Assembly (NCBI GenBank): GCA_031409335.1
Contig: JANNWY010000186.1
Coordinates: 1-64,000, forward strand
DNA from: Chthoniobacteraceae bacterium
GTDB taxonomy: Bacteria > Verrucomicrobiota > Verrucomicrobiia > Chthoniobacterales > Chthoniobacteraceae
DNA length: 64,000 nt
Direction of reading: 5' to 3'
In this document: positions 50,230 through 61,205 of the stretch, piece after piece
How the letters are laid out: each line of letters starts with the position of its first letter
Numbering within the stretch: the stretch's first letter is position 1
Position numbers and translations under genes: made by a program
Notes under the pieces: model-generated
Seen by the model: the letters and a program-made list of their open reading frames with translations, nothing else
The model's database searches: none
What the model was told of the DNA's origin: nothing

Positions 50230-53200
50230 TCAGTTCAGATACGCCGCTTCATTCGAGAGCAGCAGCGCTTGCGCGTACGTTTCCCATGGCGTGAGCGGCG
50301 TTCTTTCGATGCGCTCGCCGACGTTTTTGATCGGTGCCATTCCACCGTACCGGTTCTTGTTCGCCTGCTGCGCCTTCGCTTTCGCGCGATCATTTTTCCG
50401 CGCCGCCATTTTCGGATCCTGCACAGTCGGGACGGGCAACTGCGCTTCGTTCGTCATTTCATTTCCCACGAACGCGAGCGCCATCTTGATTTCATTGGGC
50501 GCCGGGTCGCGTTGAAAAATCACCCGGTAAATCGCAAAGATGCGCCGCAGATTGTCCGGCGCCTTGACGACCTCGGGGCCGGCAATGATGCGGCGCGCCA
50601 CGTCCACGGACATCGCGCTGTTCATCAGGAAAAGGGCCTGCTGCGGGACGATCGACGTGGCGCGTTTTGAGTTCGGCATGTCGGGATCGCTGAAGTCGAA
50701 TTGCGCCATCAGCTCGGGGAGGTTGCCGCGGTCGATGTAGCCATAAACGCTGCGGCGGTAGCTGTAAGGTTCCTCGGTAAGATTGATCGGCTTGCCACCG
50801 ATGGAGCGGTCGAGATTGCCGCTGAAAACGAGCAGCGAATCGCGCGTCGCCTCGAAATCCAACCGCCGGATGTTCGCCCGCCAGAGCATCCGATTCTGCG
50901 GATCTTTGGTTTCAAAAGCGGGATTCGTCTGGCTGCTCTGCTGATACACGCGCGAGAGCATGATGAGCTTATGCAGGGCTTTCACGGACCAGCCTTTTTC
51001 CATGAAATAGTTCGCGAGATAATCGAGCAATTCGGGGTGCGATGGCGGCTCGGATTGCGTGCCGAGGTCGTCGAGCGTTGGCACGAAACCCTCGCCAAAA
51101 TGGTGCATCCACACGCGGTTCACCATGACGCGCGCGGTGAGCGGGTTTGCCTTGCTGGCGATGGCCTGCGCGAGTTCGAGGCGTCCGCTGTTCTCCTTGG
51201 AAAACGCCTCGGGCTTGCCCGCGGGCGAGAGCACTTCGAGGAAGCGGCGGGGGACGACATCGCCGCGCGTCTCGGCCTGGCCCCGGATGAAGACAGGCGA
51301 ATTCCTCGGTGCCTTCGCGTCGGCCACGAGCATCGCGCGGGCGGGCGCACCGGGATGGGTGATTTCGAGCTCGTTGATTCTCGCGAAAGCGAACTCGGTG
51401 CGTCCGGCGATTTTTGGCGGAATGTTTCCAGCGACATCGCGGATTTTTTCCGTGGTGAGTTCCGCCTTGCGTGGGATGTCGAGGGGGATTTCGAGGAGCT
51501 GGATGAGCGCGGGTGCCCAGCCAGTGAGCGGTTCGTTCCTTGCCTGCGCATCCACGTACGCGCGCAGCTTTGAGGCGGCGTCGCTGAAGACCTTTTCATA
51601 GACTTTCACGACATCCTGCTTCGTCGCGATCGTCGCCTCCTTGAACGCTGCGGCGATGAGCGCGTTCACGTCCCCACTGCCGCTCGCGATCCTCGCCACG
51701 ATGGCGGGCGCTTTTTCCGCAAACTCCGCGTCGCTCAACTGCATGAGCATCCGCGCTGGCGTGAAGATGCCGGAGTCGCGTTTCGCGTTATTCATCACGA
51801 GCTTCACGGCATCCCGATCGACGTTGAATTTATTGAGCAGCCCGGTCCGTGCCTTGATCTCGTCCGCCGTGCCGCCGCCCTTCTTCCCGCCATACGGGAT
51901 GACCTGGATGATCGTGCTGATTTTCTTCTGAATATCGCCGTTCACCTGGGCGGCGAGCTTGTAAAACGTGGCGTGATTTTCGGCTTCGAGCACGGCGCGT
52001 TTCGCCTCGTAGTCCGCGACCTGCGCAGGCTCGGGCGATTCGCCGATCTTCGGTTTGGCCTCCGGCTCCAGCGTGGAGGCGAAGATGCCGTGCATCGCGT
52101 AGTAGTCCTTCGTCGGGATCGGATCGAACATGTGATCGTGGCAGCGCGCGCACGTCACCGTCATCGCGAGGAAACCTTTGCTGACCACGTCGATGCGATC
52201 GTTTATGATGTCGTTCGGATTCTTGAAACGCTCGCCGACCGTGAGGAAACCCAGCGCGGCGAGTGAACGGTCGTCCGTGCGATTCGGCAGTTTGTCCGCG
52301 GCGAGCTGCTCGATGATGAATTGATCATACGGCTTGTCGGCATTGAACGCGTCGATGACGTAGTCGCGATACGTCCACGCGTACGGGTAGCGATAGTCCA
52401 TGCCGCGTTTCTGTGCATTGCGCTCGCCGCCGACGGTGTCCGAGTAGCGCGCGGTGTCCAGCCAGTGGCGGCCCCAGCGTTCGCCATAGTGCGGCAAAGC
52501 GAGCAGACGGTCGATGACTTTTTCAAACGCGTTCGGCGATGGGTCTTCGACAAATGCCTTCACTTCGCCCGGCATCGGCGGCATGCCGAGCAGATCGTAA
52601 GTTGCGCGCCGAAGCAGCGTCGCTTTGTCCGCCGCTGGCGCGGGCACCATATTCGCCACCTCGATCTTTTGCAGGATGAACGGGTCGATCGGATTGAACG
52701 CTTTCGGAAACGCCGGGTTCATCAACCAGCCGCGATTTTTCACACCCGGCAGCGGCGGATTTTTAACCGGTTGATACGCCCAATGATGCCGCGCCTTGTC
52801 GGTCAGGCCGCTGAGTTTGCTGACGATATCCGCACTGCCTTTGCGCGGATCGGGCGCGCCCATTTTCACCCACTGCGTGAGATCGTCGATCTGCTGCGGC
52901 GTCAGCTTTTCGCCCTTCGGCGGCATTTGCAGATCGGGGTCGGCGTAGCTGATCGCTTTGAGCAAAAGGCTCTTGTCCACATTTCCCGGCTCCATCGCCG
53001 AGCCACTTTCCCCGCCTTTTTCCCAGCCATCGCGCGTGTCGAGCGTGAGGCCGCCCTTGGCCTTGCCGGCTTCCAGGCTGTGGCACTTGTAGCAGTTTTC
53101 CTTGAGGATCGGGCGGATCTTGTTCTCAAAGAAATCCAGGTGTTCCTTCGGAGTCTCGGCGCCACCGGCACCCATCACAGGAAGAGCGGCGGCGACGATG

Positions 53201-53238
53201 AAAAAGCGGACGATCGGATTCGGAAACATGGCAAGCAT
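50230..53238 (-). CDS. Planctomycete-type cytochrome c protein (PSCyt1/DUF1549/DUF1553)
   Basis: CYKCH and CARCH haem motifs, HWAYQP, YGERWGRHWLD, ARVMVNRVW, PSHPELLD.LA, PQQALFLMN. Confidence 0.92.
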   Translation of the reverse strand: MLAMFPNPIVRFFIVAAALPVMGAGGAETPKEHLDFFENKIRPILKENCYKCHSLEAGKAKGGLTLDTRDGWEKGGESGSAMEPGNVDKSLLLKAISYADPDLQMPPKGEKLTPQQIDDLTQWVKMGAPDPRKGSADIVSKLSGLTDKARHHWAYQPVKNPPLPGVKNRGWLMNPAFPKAFNPIDPFILQKIEVANMVPAPAADKATLLRRATYDLLGMPPMPGEVKAFVEDPSPNAFEKVIDRLLALPHYGERWGRHWLDTARYSDTVGGERNAQKRGMDYRYPYAWTYRDYVIDAFNADKPYDQFIIEQLAADKLPNRTDDRSLAALGFLTVGERFKNPNDIINDRIDVVSKGFLAMTVTCARCHDHMFDPIPTKDYYAMHGIFASTLEPEAKPKIGESPEPAQVADYEAKRAVLEAENHATFYKLAAQVNGDIQKKISTIIQVIPYGGKKGGGTADEIKARTGLLNKFNVDRDAVKLVMNNAKRDSGIFTPARMLMQLSDAEFAEKAPAIVARIASGSGDVNALIAAAFKEATIATKQDVVKVYEKVFSDAASKLRAYVDAQARNEPLTGWAPALIQLLEIPLDIPRKAELTTEKIRDVAGNIPPKIAGRTEFAFARINELEITHPGAPARAMLVADAKAPRNSPVFIRGQAETRGDVVPRRFLEVLSPAGKPEAFSKENSGRLELAQAIASKANPLTARVMVNRVWMHHFGEGFVPTLDDLGTQSEPPSHPELLDYLANYFMEKGWSVKALHKLIMLSRVYQQSSQTNPAFETKDPQNRMLWRANIRRLDFEATRDSLLVFSGNLDRSIGGKPINLTEEPYSYRRSVYGYIDRGNLPELMAQFDFSDPDMPNSKRATSIVPQQALFLMNSAMSVDVARRIIAGPEVVKAPDNLRRIFAIYRVIFQRDPAPNEIKMALAFVGNEMTNEAQLPVPTVQDPKMAARKNDRAKAKAQQANKNRYGGMAPIKNVGERIERTPLTPWETYAQALLLSNEAAYLN

Positions 53239-53463
53239 AGTGATTCTGATGAAAAGCGTAACCCGCGCCTCCGCATGAAGTCGCATGGAATTTGGGGCTA
53301 AATGCCGCCGACTATTCCGGGAAAAGCCAAAATCCGGCGGATCGGTTGTCAGATTTCCATCCGCGATCTCCTTTTCCCAAGGCCGCCGGCTCTCCTGCCC
53401 CGCGCAGGATCAGATGCGTGGCAAAAGAGTGGCGCCGCGTGTTGCCGTCCCAGCGCCCTCCCG

Positions 53464-54699
53464 CTATTGGCGCGTGAATTTCGCGGCGAAGGCGCCGTCG
53501 ATGCCGTCCACAAATGGCAGAGTGCGGCGGGATTCGAGGACGCGGAGTTCGGGCACTGCGGCGATGGCTTTTTCGATGACACCTTCGTTTTCCTCCGTCT
53601 CCAGACTGCATGTGGAATAGACGAGCGTGCCGCCGGGTTTCAGCAAAGTGGCGGCGCGTTTTACGAGGGCGAGTTGTTGCGCGGGCATTCGGATGAAATC
53701 CTCGTCCGTCAGCCGCCAGCGCACATCCACGCGGCGACGGAGGACGCCAGTGTTGCTGCACGGCGCATCGACGAGGATGCGGTCGAAGCTTGCGAGTGCG
53801 AGCGGCGCGCCGGCTTGCATCGTGTCGTGGACGAAGGTTTGCGTGTTGGTGATGCCGAGCCGCGAGAGATTTTCGCGCAGTCGCGCGACGCGGGAGTCGT
53901 AGAGATCGCACGCGTAAATGCGGCCCGTGTTTTTCATCAGCTCGGCGAGATACGTCGTCTTGCCGCCGGGTGCGGCGCAGGCGTCGAGGACGAATTCGCC
54001 GGGCTGCGGATCGAGCAAATCGCAGGCGATGAGCGTGCTCGGGTCTTGCACGTAACACAGACCGTTCGCGAGCCAGTCGGGCGGGAGCGATGCGACTTTG
54101 ATCGCGCGCGGATGATGCGGCGACGCCTCTGCGTTTGGCGCGGATTTCAGCAGGGCATCGACGCTTGTGCGCAGGCCATTTGCGCGGACGTGGACTTCGG
54201 CGGGCGAATTATTCCACACGCAAAGCTGCTCGGTTTGCGCTGGGCCAAACGCGGCGTCCCAGCGTTCCAACAAAAAGTCGGGATGCGAAAGTCGCGCCGC
54301 GCGATCCGCGTTTGCGAGCGCTTCATCGAGTCGCGGCTTTTCGCGCAGCGCGCGGCGGAGGATCGCATTCACCAGACCGCGCGCGCGTCCGCCGAGATTT
54401 ACGGTTTCATTCACCGCCGCATGATCCGCGGTGCGCATGTGAAAAATCTGGTAGAGTCCGAGCCGCAGCACTTCCCGCGTTTCATCGTCGATGTCGCCGT
54501 CGCGCAATTTGCCGATCAAAAAATCGAGCGCCGTCAGATTTCGCAGCACGCCGAAAAACGTCTCCATGAGAAACGCGCGATCGAGTCCGCCGAGGCGCTC
54601 TTTCTCCAGCAGGGTGTGCAGGATTTCGTCGGAGAAAATCTTGCCCTTTTCCCACTCGAGAAGGGCGCGGATGCAGAGCTGGCGCGGATTGGCTGGCAT
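53464..54699 (-). CDS. rsmB: 16S rRNA m5C967 methyltransferase
   Basis: NusB-like N-terminus (LRLGLYQ, LVNAILR), VQD, DACAAPGGKT, DAPCSNTG, YSTCS; start at MPANP (the ORF-track extension is a shadow of the kelch gene). Confidence 0.93.
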   Translation of the reverse strand: MPANPRQLCIRALLEWEKGKIFSDEILHTLLEKERLGGLDRAFLMETFFGVLRNLTALDFLIGKLRDGDIDDETREVLRLGLYQIFHMRTADHAAVNETVNLGGRARGLVNAILRRALREKPRLDEALANADRAARLSHPDFLLERWDAAFGPAQTEQLCVWNNSPAEVHVRANGLRTSVDALLKSAPNAEASPHHPRAIKVASLPPDWLANGLCYVQDPSTLIACDLLDPQPGEFVLDACAAPGGKTTYLAELMKNTGRIYACDLYDSRVARLRENLSRLGITNTQTFVHDTMQAGAPLALASFDRILVDAPCSNTGVLRRRVDVRWRLTDEDFIRMPAQQLALVKRAATLLKPGGTLVYSTCSLETEENEGVIEKAIAAVPELRVLESRRTLPFVDGIDGAFAAKFTRQ

Positions 54700-54749
54700 C
54701 GGCAGAGCTAACGCGACGGAGCGCCGCGCGCCAAGCGGCAACGATGGCG

Positions 54750-57050
54750 CTACGGCGCGATGACGCGGTAAAAGCGTTGCGCGAAACCGCCGGCCAGCGT
54801 GTCGTTGTATTGAAACACGCCCGCCGCAGTCTCCGTGGCGGGACCGAGCACGGTCCACGCAGCGATCGGCTGGGTGAGGTCGGGCGTGGCGATGAGCGTC
54901 TTCGTGCCGCCCGCTGAGGCGGTGAAGCGCAGCGCCATCGTGCCGCCGGTTCGCGAAAGATTCGTCCAGATCACCGGCGTCAGCGTTCCACCATCCGGCG
55001 TGTAAATGTCGGACACGGGCAGGCGCGCAAAGTTGGGACTGTCGTCCTCGCCACCGGCGATGAGCACGCGCCCGTCGGCCAGCCGCGTGCTGGTGTGTTT
55101 CCAGCGCAGCCCATTCATACTCGCGGTCGTGGTCCACGTCCCGCTCGACGGACGGTAGAGCGCGGCGGCGGCGGTGATGTAGGGAAACGTCGCGATATTG
55201 CCGCCGGCGACGAGCACCTGGCCATCGGCGAGCAGTGTGACCGATGCGAGGTGGGTGACGAGTGGCGGCGCGCTCGCGACGGTCCACGTTGCGGTGGCGG
55301 GATTGTAGAGTTCCGCCGCGGGATTGTTGCCGCCCATCACAAAGACGCGGCCATCTGGCAGCAACACGGCGGCGTGTTCCTGGCGTGCAGTCGCGAGCGA
55401 GCCGGTGGCGCTCCACACGCCGGTCGCAGGATCGTAGAGATAAGCCGACGCGAGCGAACCGCCATTGGGCGTGTTGCGGCCGCCGGCCACAAGCACTTTG
55501 CCATTCGCGAGCAGCGTCGCGCTGTGCCAGAAGAGCGTGACAGGGAGCGAGCCGGTCGCCGTCCACGCGCCCGTCGCGGGATCGAACAACTGCGCGCCCG
55601 CGAACCCCGCCGCGCTGAAGCCGCCGGTGACGAGCACCTTTCCACTTTGCAGCAAAGTCGCGGTGTGATTCACGCGCGCGACGCTCATCGGCGCGACCAC
55701 CGTCCACGCGCCCGTCGCCGGATCGTAGAGCGTCGCGCTGGCGAGTTGGCCGGACACTTCGTTGTAGCCGCCGGTCACGAGCACCTTGCCATTCGCGAGC
55801 CACGTGGCGGTGTGAAATTGCCGCGTCTCGGGCATCGAACCGGTCGCCGTCCACAGTCGCGTGGCGGGATCGTAGAGCTCCGCGATCGCTGTGCTGAACT
55901 GGGTCGTGCCGCCCGCGACGAGCACTTTGCCGCTGCTCAAAAGCGTAGCCGTGTGATCGACGCGGACATCCGTCATCAGGCCAGGCGCGGTCCCTGTGCC
56001 GGTGGCGGGATCGTAGATTTCCGCGTAGCCGTAGCGGCCCTGCCCGACGGCTAGCACTTTGCCATTTGGTAAAAGGGAAAGCGTGATGTTTTGGACCAGA
56101 TAGCGCGGCCTGGCGGTGAGCGCCCAAGTGCCGGTGGCGGGATTGTAGAGTTCTTCGCCGTCGGTCCCGGCGATGAGGACTTTGCCATTCGGCAAAAGGA
56201 GCGCGGCGTGATCTTCATGCTGTAGGCTGCTGGAACCTGTCGCGGTGAAAAGTCCGGTCGCCGGATTGTAAATCTCCGCGCTGTAAAGCCGGCCACCGAC
56301 GCCGTTGCCGCCCGCGAGCAGCACCCGGCCATCGGGCAGCAGCGTCGCGCTGTGCGAATAGCGGGCGCTCGTGAGCGAGCCGGTGGGCGTCCACGTTCCC
56401 GTGGCGGGATTGTACAGCTCCGCGGTGGAAATGGCGGCCTCGTCGGCGTATCCGCCAGCCACGAGCAACTTGCCATTGGCGAGCAGCGTGGCCGTATGGC
56501 CGAAACGCGGCGCATTCATGGCACCCGTGAGCGTCCAGTTTCCACTCGCGGGATCGAACAACTCCGCGCTGGAAAACGACTCGAAGCTGTCCCCGCCGCC
56601 CGCGACGAGCACCTTGCCATTGGCCAGCCGCGTCGCCGTGTGGTTTCGGCGCGCGTCCGTCAGCAGGCCAGTTGGCGTCCACGTTCCCGTCGCGGGATTG
56701 TATCGCTCCGCCGTGCCGAGCGGCCCGTCCACGTCGTTTCGTCCGCCAACGACGAGCACCCTCCCATCCGCCAGCAGCACCGCCGCGTGTTCGGAGCGCG
56801 GTGCGCTCAGCGAGCCGGTCAAAGTTCCAAACGACGCAGCCGGGTCGAACACTTCGGTGCTGTCCAAATGACCGTCGCCCCAATACCCGCCTGCCAGCAG
56901 GATGCGACCATCCGCGAGCGTCGTGGCGGTGTGATCGTAACGTGGCGTCGCGAGCAGCCCCGCGGGGCGGAAGGAAGCGGCGTGCGCGGAGGGCCGGACG
57001 ATCGCGCCGAAGAGCAACGCGACGAGCGCGATGGGAAGGGAAAAGTTCAT
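54750..57050 (-). CDS. Secreted kelch-repeat protein (about 13 repeats)
   Basis: Signal peptide; repeats R..HTATLL.NGKVLVAGG..AELY.PATG.WT.TG; ends RFYRVIAP. Confidence 0.92.
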   Translation of the reverse strand: MNFSLPIALVALLFGAIVRPSAHAASFRPAGLLATPRYDHTATTLADGRILLAGGYWGDGHLDSTEVFDPAASFGTLTGSLSAPRSEHAAVLLADGRVLVVGGRNDVDGPLGTAERYNPATGTWTPTGLLTDARRNHTATRLANGKVLVAGGGDSFESFSSAELFDPASGNWTLTGAMNAPRFGHTATLLANGKLLVAGGYADEAAISTAELYNPATGTWTPTGSLTSARYSHSATLLPDGRVLLAGGNGVGGRLYSAEIYNPATGLFTATGSSSLQHEDHAALLLPNGKVLIAGTDGEELYNPATGTWALTARPRYLVQNITLSLLPNGKVLAVGQGRYGYAEIYDPATGTGTAPGLMTDVRVDHTATLLSSGKVLVAGGTTQFSTAIAELYDPATRLWTATGSMPETRQFHTATWLANGKVLVTGGYNEVSGQLASATLYDPATGAWTVVAPMSVARVNHTATLLQSGKVLVTGGFSAAGFAGAQLFDPATGAWTATGSLPVTLFWHSATLLANGKVLVAGGRNTPNGGSLASAYLYDPATGVWSATGSLATARQEHAAVLLPDGRVFVMGGNNPAAELYNPATATWTVASAPPLVTHLASVTLLADGQVLVAGGNIATFPYITAAAALYRPSSGTWTTTASMNGLRWKHTSTRLADGRVLIAGGEDDSPNFARLPVSDIYTPDGGTLTPVIWTNLSRTGGTMALRFTASAGGTKTLIATPDLTQPIAAWTVLGPATETAAGVFQYNDTLAGGFAQRFYRVIAP

Positions 57051-57120
57051 ACCCATTCCTTGGCGATCGCGGACCGATCGTTACGAAAAAAGTTCTACAC
57101 CCTCCGGTGATGCCAAAGGC

Positions 57121-58437
57121 TTACTGCGCGCCCGCTCGGCCCACGGCGCGGTAGTCGAAGCCGAAATTGCGCATCGTTACCGGGTCGAAAAGATTGCGTC
57201 CGTCGAAAATCAGCGGCGTGTGCATCGCGGTTTTCACAGCGGCGAAATCCTGGTTTTGGAATTCCTTCCACTCCGTCGCGAGGATGAGCGCCTCGGCTCC
57301 GGCGGCGGCTTCGAGCGGGGTTTTGGCGATCGTGACTTTCATGGGGTCGATGAGCTTCCACTCGACGGCTTTTTCCGCGCCCTTCGGATCGTAGGCGGTG
57401 ACTTGCGCGCCTTCGGAGACGAGGATGTTGATGAGGTCGATGGCGACGGAATTCCGCACGTCGTCGGTGTCGGGTTTGAAGGTCATTCCCCACACGGCGA
57501 TTTTCTTGTCCTTCAAGACCCAGAGCGCGCTGCGCACTTTGTCGATGAAACGCGTGAGCATCTTCGCGTTGATGTTTTCGACTTCTTCCAAAAGTTTGAA
57601 CGGCGAGCCGAGCTGTTTGGCGATCGCGATGAACGCCTTCACGTCTTTGGGAAAACACGAGCCGCCGTAGCCGAGCCCGGCGTTGAGGAAATTGCGACCG
57701 ATGCGTTTGTCCATGCCGATGCCGTCGGCGACCATTTCCACGTCCGCGCCGCTCGCTTCGCAGATCGCGGCGACGGCGTTGATGTAGCTGATTTTTAGCG
57801 AAAGGAACGAGTTGGCAGCGTGTTTGATCAGCTCGGCGGAATTCACGTCGGTGACGAGGATCGGCGCCTGGAATGGCTCGTAAACGCGCTTCATCAAATC
57901 GGTCGCGCGGTCGCTGGCGCTGCCGATGACGACGCGATCCGGGTTCATCAAATCGGGCACGGCGCAGCCTTCGCGGAGGAATTCAGGATTCGAGACGACA
58001 TCGAATTCCGCGTCCTTGTTGTAACGGCGAATCGTGTCCGCGACCTTTTCGCCGGTCTTCACCGGCACAGTCGATTTGTCCACGACGACACGATACTGGC
58101 CGGGCTTGAGCACGCCGGCGATTTCGCGGGCGACTTGCTCGATGAAGCTGAGATCGACGGAGCCATCGACCTGCGGCGGCGTGGGCACGGCGATGAAAAC
58201 GATTTGGCTGTGATCGACGCCGTCTTCAATCGAGTTCGTGAAGCGCAGGCGTTTGGCGGCGACGTTGCGGTGGACGAGTTCTTCGAGGCCGGGTTCGTAA
58301 ATAGGAATCTGCCCGGCTTGCAGCTTGTCCACTTTGCGCTGGTCGTTATCGACGCACACGACGTGGTGGCCGATTTCGGCGAAGCACGCGCCGCTGACTA
58401 ATCCGACGTAACCGGAACCGATGATGCAGAGATCCAT
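57121..58437 (-). CDS. ugd: UDP-glucose 6-dehydrogenase
   Basis: IGSGYVGL, KSTVP, NPEFLREG, GYGGSCFPKD, FKPDTDDVR, DGRN. Confidence 0.95.
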   Translation of the reverse strand: MDLCIIGSGYVGLVSGACFAEIGHHVVCVDNDQRKVDKLQAGQIPIYEPGLEELVHRNVAAKRLRFTNSIEDGVDHSQIVFIAVPTPPQVDGSVDLSFIEQVAREIAGVLKPGQYRVVVDKSTVPVKTGEKVADTIRRYNKDAEFDVVSNPEFLREGCAVPDLMNPDRVVIGSASDRATDLMKRVYEPFQAPILVTDVNSAELIKHAANSFLSLKISYINAVAAICEASGADVEMVADGIGMDKRIGRNFLNAGLGYGGSCFPKDVKAFIAIAKQLGSPFKLLEEVENINAKMLTRFIDKVRSALWVLKDKKIAVWGMTFKPDTDDVRNSVAIDLINILVSEGAQVTAYDPKGAEKAVEWKLIDPMKVTIAKTPLEAAAGAEALILATEWKEFQNQDFAAVKTAMHTPLIFDGRNLFDPVTMRNFGFDYRAVGRAGAQ

Positions 58438-58599
58438 TTTTCTGAGGCTGTTTGGGTTTTGAATACTGACACGGGACGGGCATTTCCGGCGTCAAAAGGG
58501 GCGCAATAAGAGGCACTAACCATGCGAGGGCAAGGGCGAATTTTGCCGCAAACCGTTTCGATTCTCGCCATTTTTTCAGGGTTCTGGCTATCTGCGGGA

Positions 58600-61143
58600 A
58601 TGATTACCCAGCCTGCCTCTCGCACCGCTTCCATCGAAATCCTCGAAAGCCGAATCGCTCCGGCCACCATCATCGGCGTCGATGCCAATAGCCGACTTCT
58701 CTCCTTCGACTCGGCCTCGCCGGGGGCGGTAACGGTCGTGACGGTGACGGGCCTCGGCGCGGGAGAAACGCTGGAGGCGGTCGATTTCCGCCCGGCGACG
58801 GGACAACTTTACGGCCTCGGGATTGTCGATCTGATTGGGACGGACGAGGGCCGCATTTACACCATCAATCCGGCGACGGGCGCGGCCACGCAGGTCGGCG
58901 CGGCCCCGTTCTCGACGACGCTGACCGACAACTCGGATTGGGGGTTCGATTTCAATCCCGCGGTCGATCGCATCCGGCTCGTCAATGACGGCGACCAGAG
59001 CCTTCGCATCAATCCCGACACCGGCGCACTCGCGGGCACGGACACCGCGCTCACGCCGAATACCGCGTCGCTCATCGGCGCGGCGTACGATCGGAATTTC
59101 GCCGGCACGCCGCAGACGACGCTTTTCGGAATCGACTTCGCGACGGACTCGCTCGTGCGCATCGGCGGCGTGAATGGAGTTCCGTCGCCCAATGGTGGCG
59201 TGGTGACGCAGGTCGGCCCGCTTGGCGTGGATGTGAATAATTTCCGCGCGGGCTTTGACATCGAAAGCCGCACGGGAACCGCGTACGCCGCGCTCCGCAG
59301 TGCCTCGGGTGCAAACCAACTTTTCACCGTCAATCTCACTACCGGCGCGGCGACCCTGATCGGCACGATCGGCACCGGGACCGAGCTTTTCCACGGGATC
59401 ACCGTCGCCCTGCCAAACGACCTGACGCTCGTGAGTCCGACGGTCGCGCGATACATCGATCAGGATGGCGACGCGGTGACGGTGAGGGTTTCAAAAGGCA
59501 CCCTCGGCGCGCAGGATTTCACCTTCGCCACCGGCCAGAAAGGCTCGCAACTTCGCCTGCTGAATCTCAGCGACGACGGCCAGGAATTCGCGGGCGCGAG
59601 CCTCTCGATCATCGGCGTGCGGCGGGGCGCGAATGGCGACGGCTACACGAATGTCGGCCACATCAACGCAACCGGCGTGGACCTCGGACACGTCGTGCTG
59701 CGCGGCGATCTCGCGCAGATCGACGCGGGCGACGCGACGCTGACGACGCCGGGGCTCCGCTCGCTCACCGTCGCGTCGCTGGGGAATTTCGGCACCGCGA
59801 CTCAATCCGCCACGACCGCCTCGACGCAGAGCGACATCGCCGGCGCGCTCGGCAGGCTCGACGTGAAAACCGACATCACGCGCGCCACCGTCGTGGTGAA
59901 TGGCGCGATCGGTTCCGTGACGATCGGCGGCGACATCATCGGCAACGACTCGGCCGCGGGCGGCGGCGTCACGGCCACGGGAAACATCGGCCCAGTTACG
60001 ATCCTCGGCTCGGTCCAGGGCGGCGCGGCGGGGAATTCCGGAATCGTCGATGCGGGTGGCACGATGGGAAATGTGTTCATCCGCGGCTCGATCCTCGGCG
60101 GCGCGGGCGCGGACGGCGGGCTGATCGAGAGCACGGGAAAAATGGGTGCGCTCGTGATCCGCGGCAACGTGATTGGCGGCGCGGGCGACGGCAGCGGACG
60201 CGTCCACAGTGCGGGCGGAATCGCGTCGGTAAATATCGCGGGCTCGATCATTGGCGGGACTGCCGCCGGAGTAGCTTCGGGTCTCGTGGAATCATTCGGC
60301 GGCGCGGCGGCGGTGAACAATATCGGCCCCGTGAAAATCGGCGGCAGCTTGATCGGAAATGCCGGCCAGTATTCCGGCTCGATTTTCGCCAACGGCAAAA
60401 TCGCCAGCGTCAACATCAGCGGCTCGCTCATCGGCGGCGCTGGCAGCGAAGGCGGCAGCATCGTCGCCGGACTCGGCATCGGAAATGTCGCCATCCTCGG
60501 CAGCACGATCAGCGGCGCGGGAAACACTTCCGGCAGCGTCCTCACTTTCAGCGGCGGACCGATCGCCGATGTCACGATCACTGGCGCGGTGATCGGCTCG
60601 AACACGCTTTCCGGGATCCTCTCCGACGGCACGCTCGGCGCGGTGAAAATCGGCGGCACCATGCGCGGCGGACGCATTTCCGCCGAAGGCGTGGCGAACA
60701 GCGCCGGGCTCGCGATCAAAAGCATCACCGTCGGCGGCAGCGTGAAAAACGCGCTGATCCTCGGCGGCTACGACCAGCTCGGCGTAGCCACGAATCCCGA
60801 CGCCAGTATCGGCGCGGTGGCCGTCGGCGGAAATTGGATCGCGTCCTCGATTGCATCCGGCGTCGCGGCGACGGATCCGTTTTTTGGCAATGGCGACGAC
60901 GTGAAAATCACCGAAGGCGTCGCCGACCTCATCGTGTCGCGCATCGCGAGCATCGTCATCGGCGGCTACGCCATTGGCACGCCGTCGGTCAGTGGCGATC
61001 ATTTCGGCTTCGTCGCGCAGCGCATCGGCTCGCTGAAAGTCGGCACGCTTCCCTATCCGCTCGTCCCCGGCAGCAGTTCCGCCGCCGACATCGCCGGATA
61101 CACCGTCGGCCCGACGCTCGATCTCCGCGTGCGCGAAGTGTAA
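58600..61143 (+). CDS. Extracellular protein with N-terminal LESRIAPA (LEPR-XLL-like) motif, DUF4394-like domain and Gly-rich beta-helix repeats
   Basis: IEILESRIAPA; DFRPATGQLYG, GFDFNPAVDRIR, GFDI; repeated IG.V.I.GS..GG. Confidence 0.85.
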   Translation: MITQPASRTASIEILESRIAPATIIGVDANSRLLSFDSASPGAVTVVTVTGLGAGETLEAVDFRPATGQLYGLGIVDLIGTDEGRIYTINPATGAATQVGAAPFSTTLTDNSDWGFDFNPAVDRIRLVNDGDQSLRINPDTGALAGTDTALTPNTASLIGAAYDRNFAGTPQTTLFGIDFATDSLVRIGGVNGVPSPNGGVVTQVGPLGVDVNNFRAGFDIESRTGTAYAALRSASGANQLFTVNLTTGAATLIGTIGTGTELFHGITVALPNDLTLVSPTVARYIDQDGDAVTVRVSKGTLGAQDFTFATGQKGSQLRLLNLSDDGQEFAGASLSIIGVRRGANGDGYTNVGHINATGVDLGHVVLRGDLAQIDAGDATLTTPGLRSLTVASLGNFGTATQSATTASTQSDIAGALGRLDVKTDITRATVVVNGAIGSVTIGGDIIGNDSAAGGGVTATGNIGPVTILGSVQGGAAGNSGIVDAGGTMGNVFIRGSILGGAGADGGLIESTGKMGALVIRGNVIGGAGDGSGRVHSAGGIASVNIAGSIIGGTAAGVASGLVESFGGAAAVNNIGPVKIGGSLIGNAGQYSGSIFANGKIASVNISGSLIGGAGSEGGSIVAGLGIGNVAILGSTISGAGNTSGSVLTFSGGPIADVTITGAVIGSNTLSGILSDGTLGAVKIGGTMRGGRISAEGVANSAGLAIKSITVGGSVKNALILGGYDQLGVATNPDASIGAVAVGGNWIASSIASGVAATDPFFGNGDDVKITEGVADLIVSRIASIVIGGYAIGTPSVSGDHFGFVAQRIGSLKVGTLPYPLVPGSSSAADIAGYTVGPTLDLRVREV

Positions 61144-61205
61144 CCGCGGATTTCCATTTTGACGCTGTGCGCCGCGTCAGTAAGGTCGCGGCCCTTTTTC
61201 CATTC

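Noticed and set aside
54700..56127. Apparent 887-aa RsmB fusion
   Set aside because: The extension is an off-frame shadow of the kelch gene
60834..61205. N-terminal extension of the aminotransferase ORF
   Set aside because: Overlaps the upstream CDS; the family-typical start MKLFIPGP is at 61206
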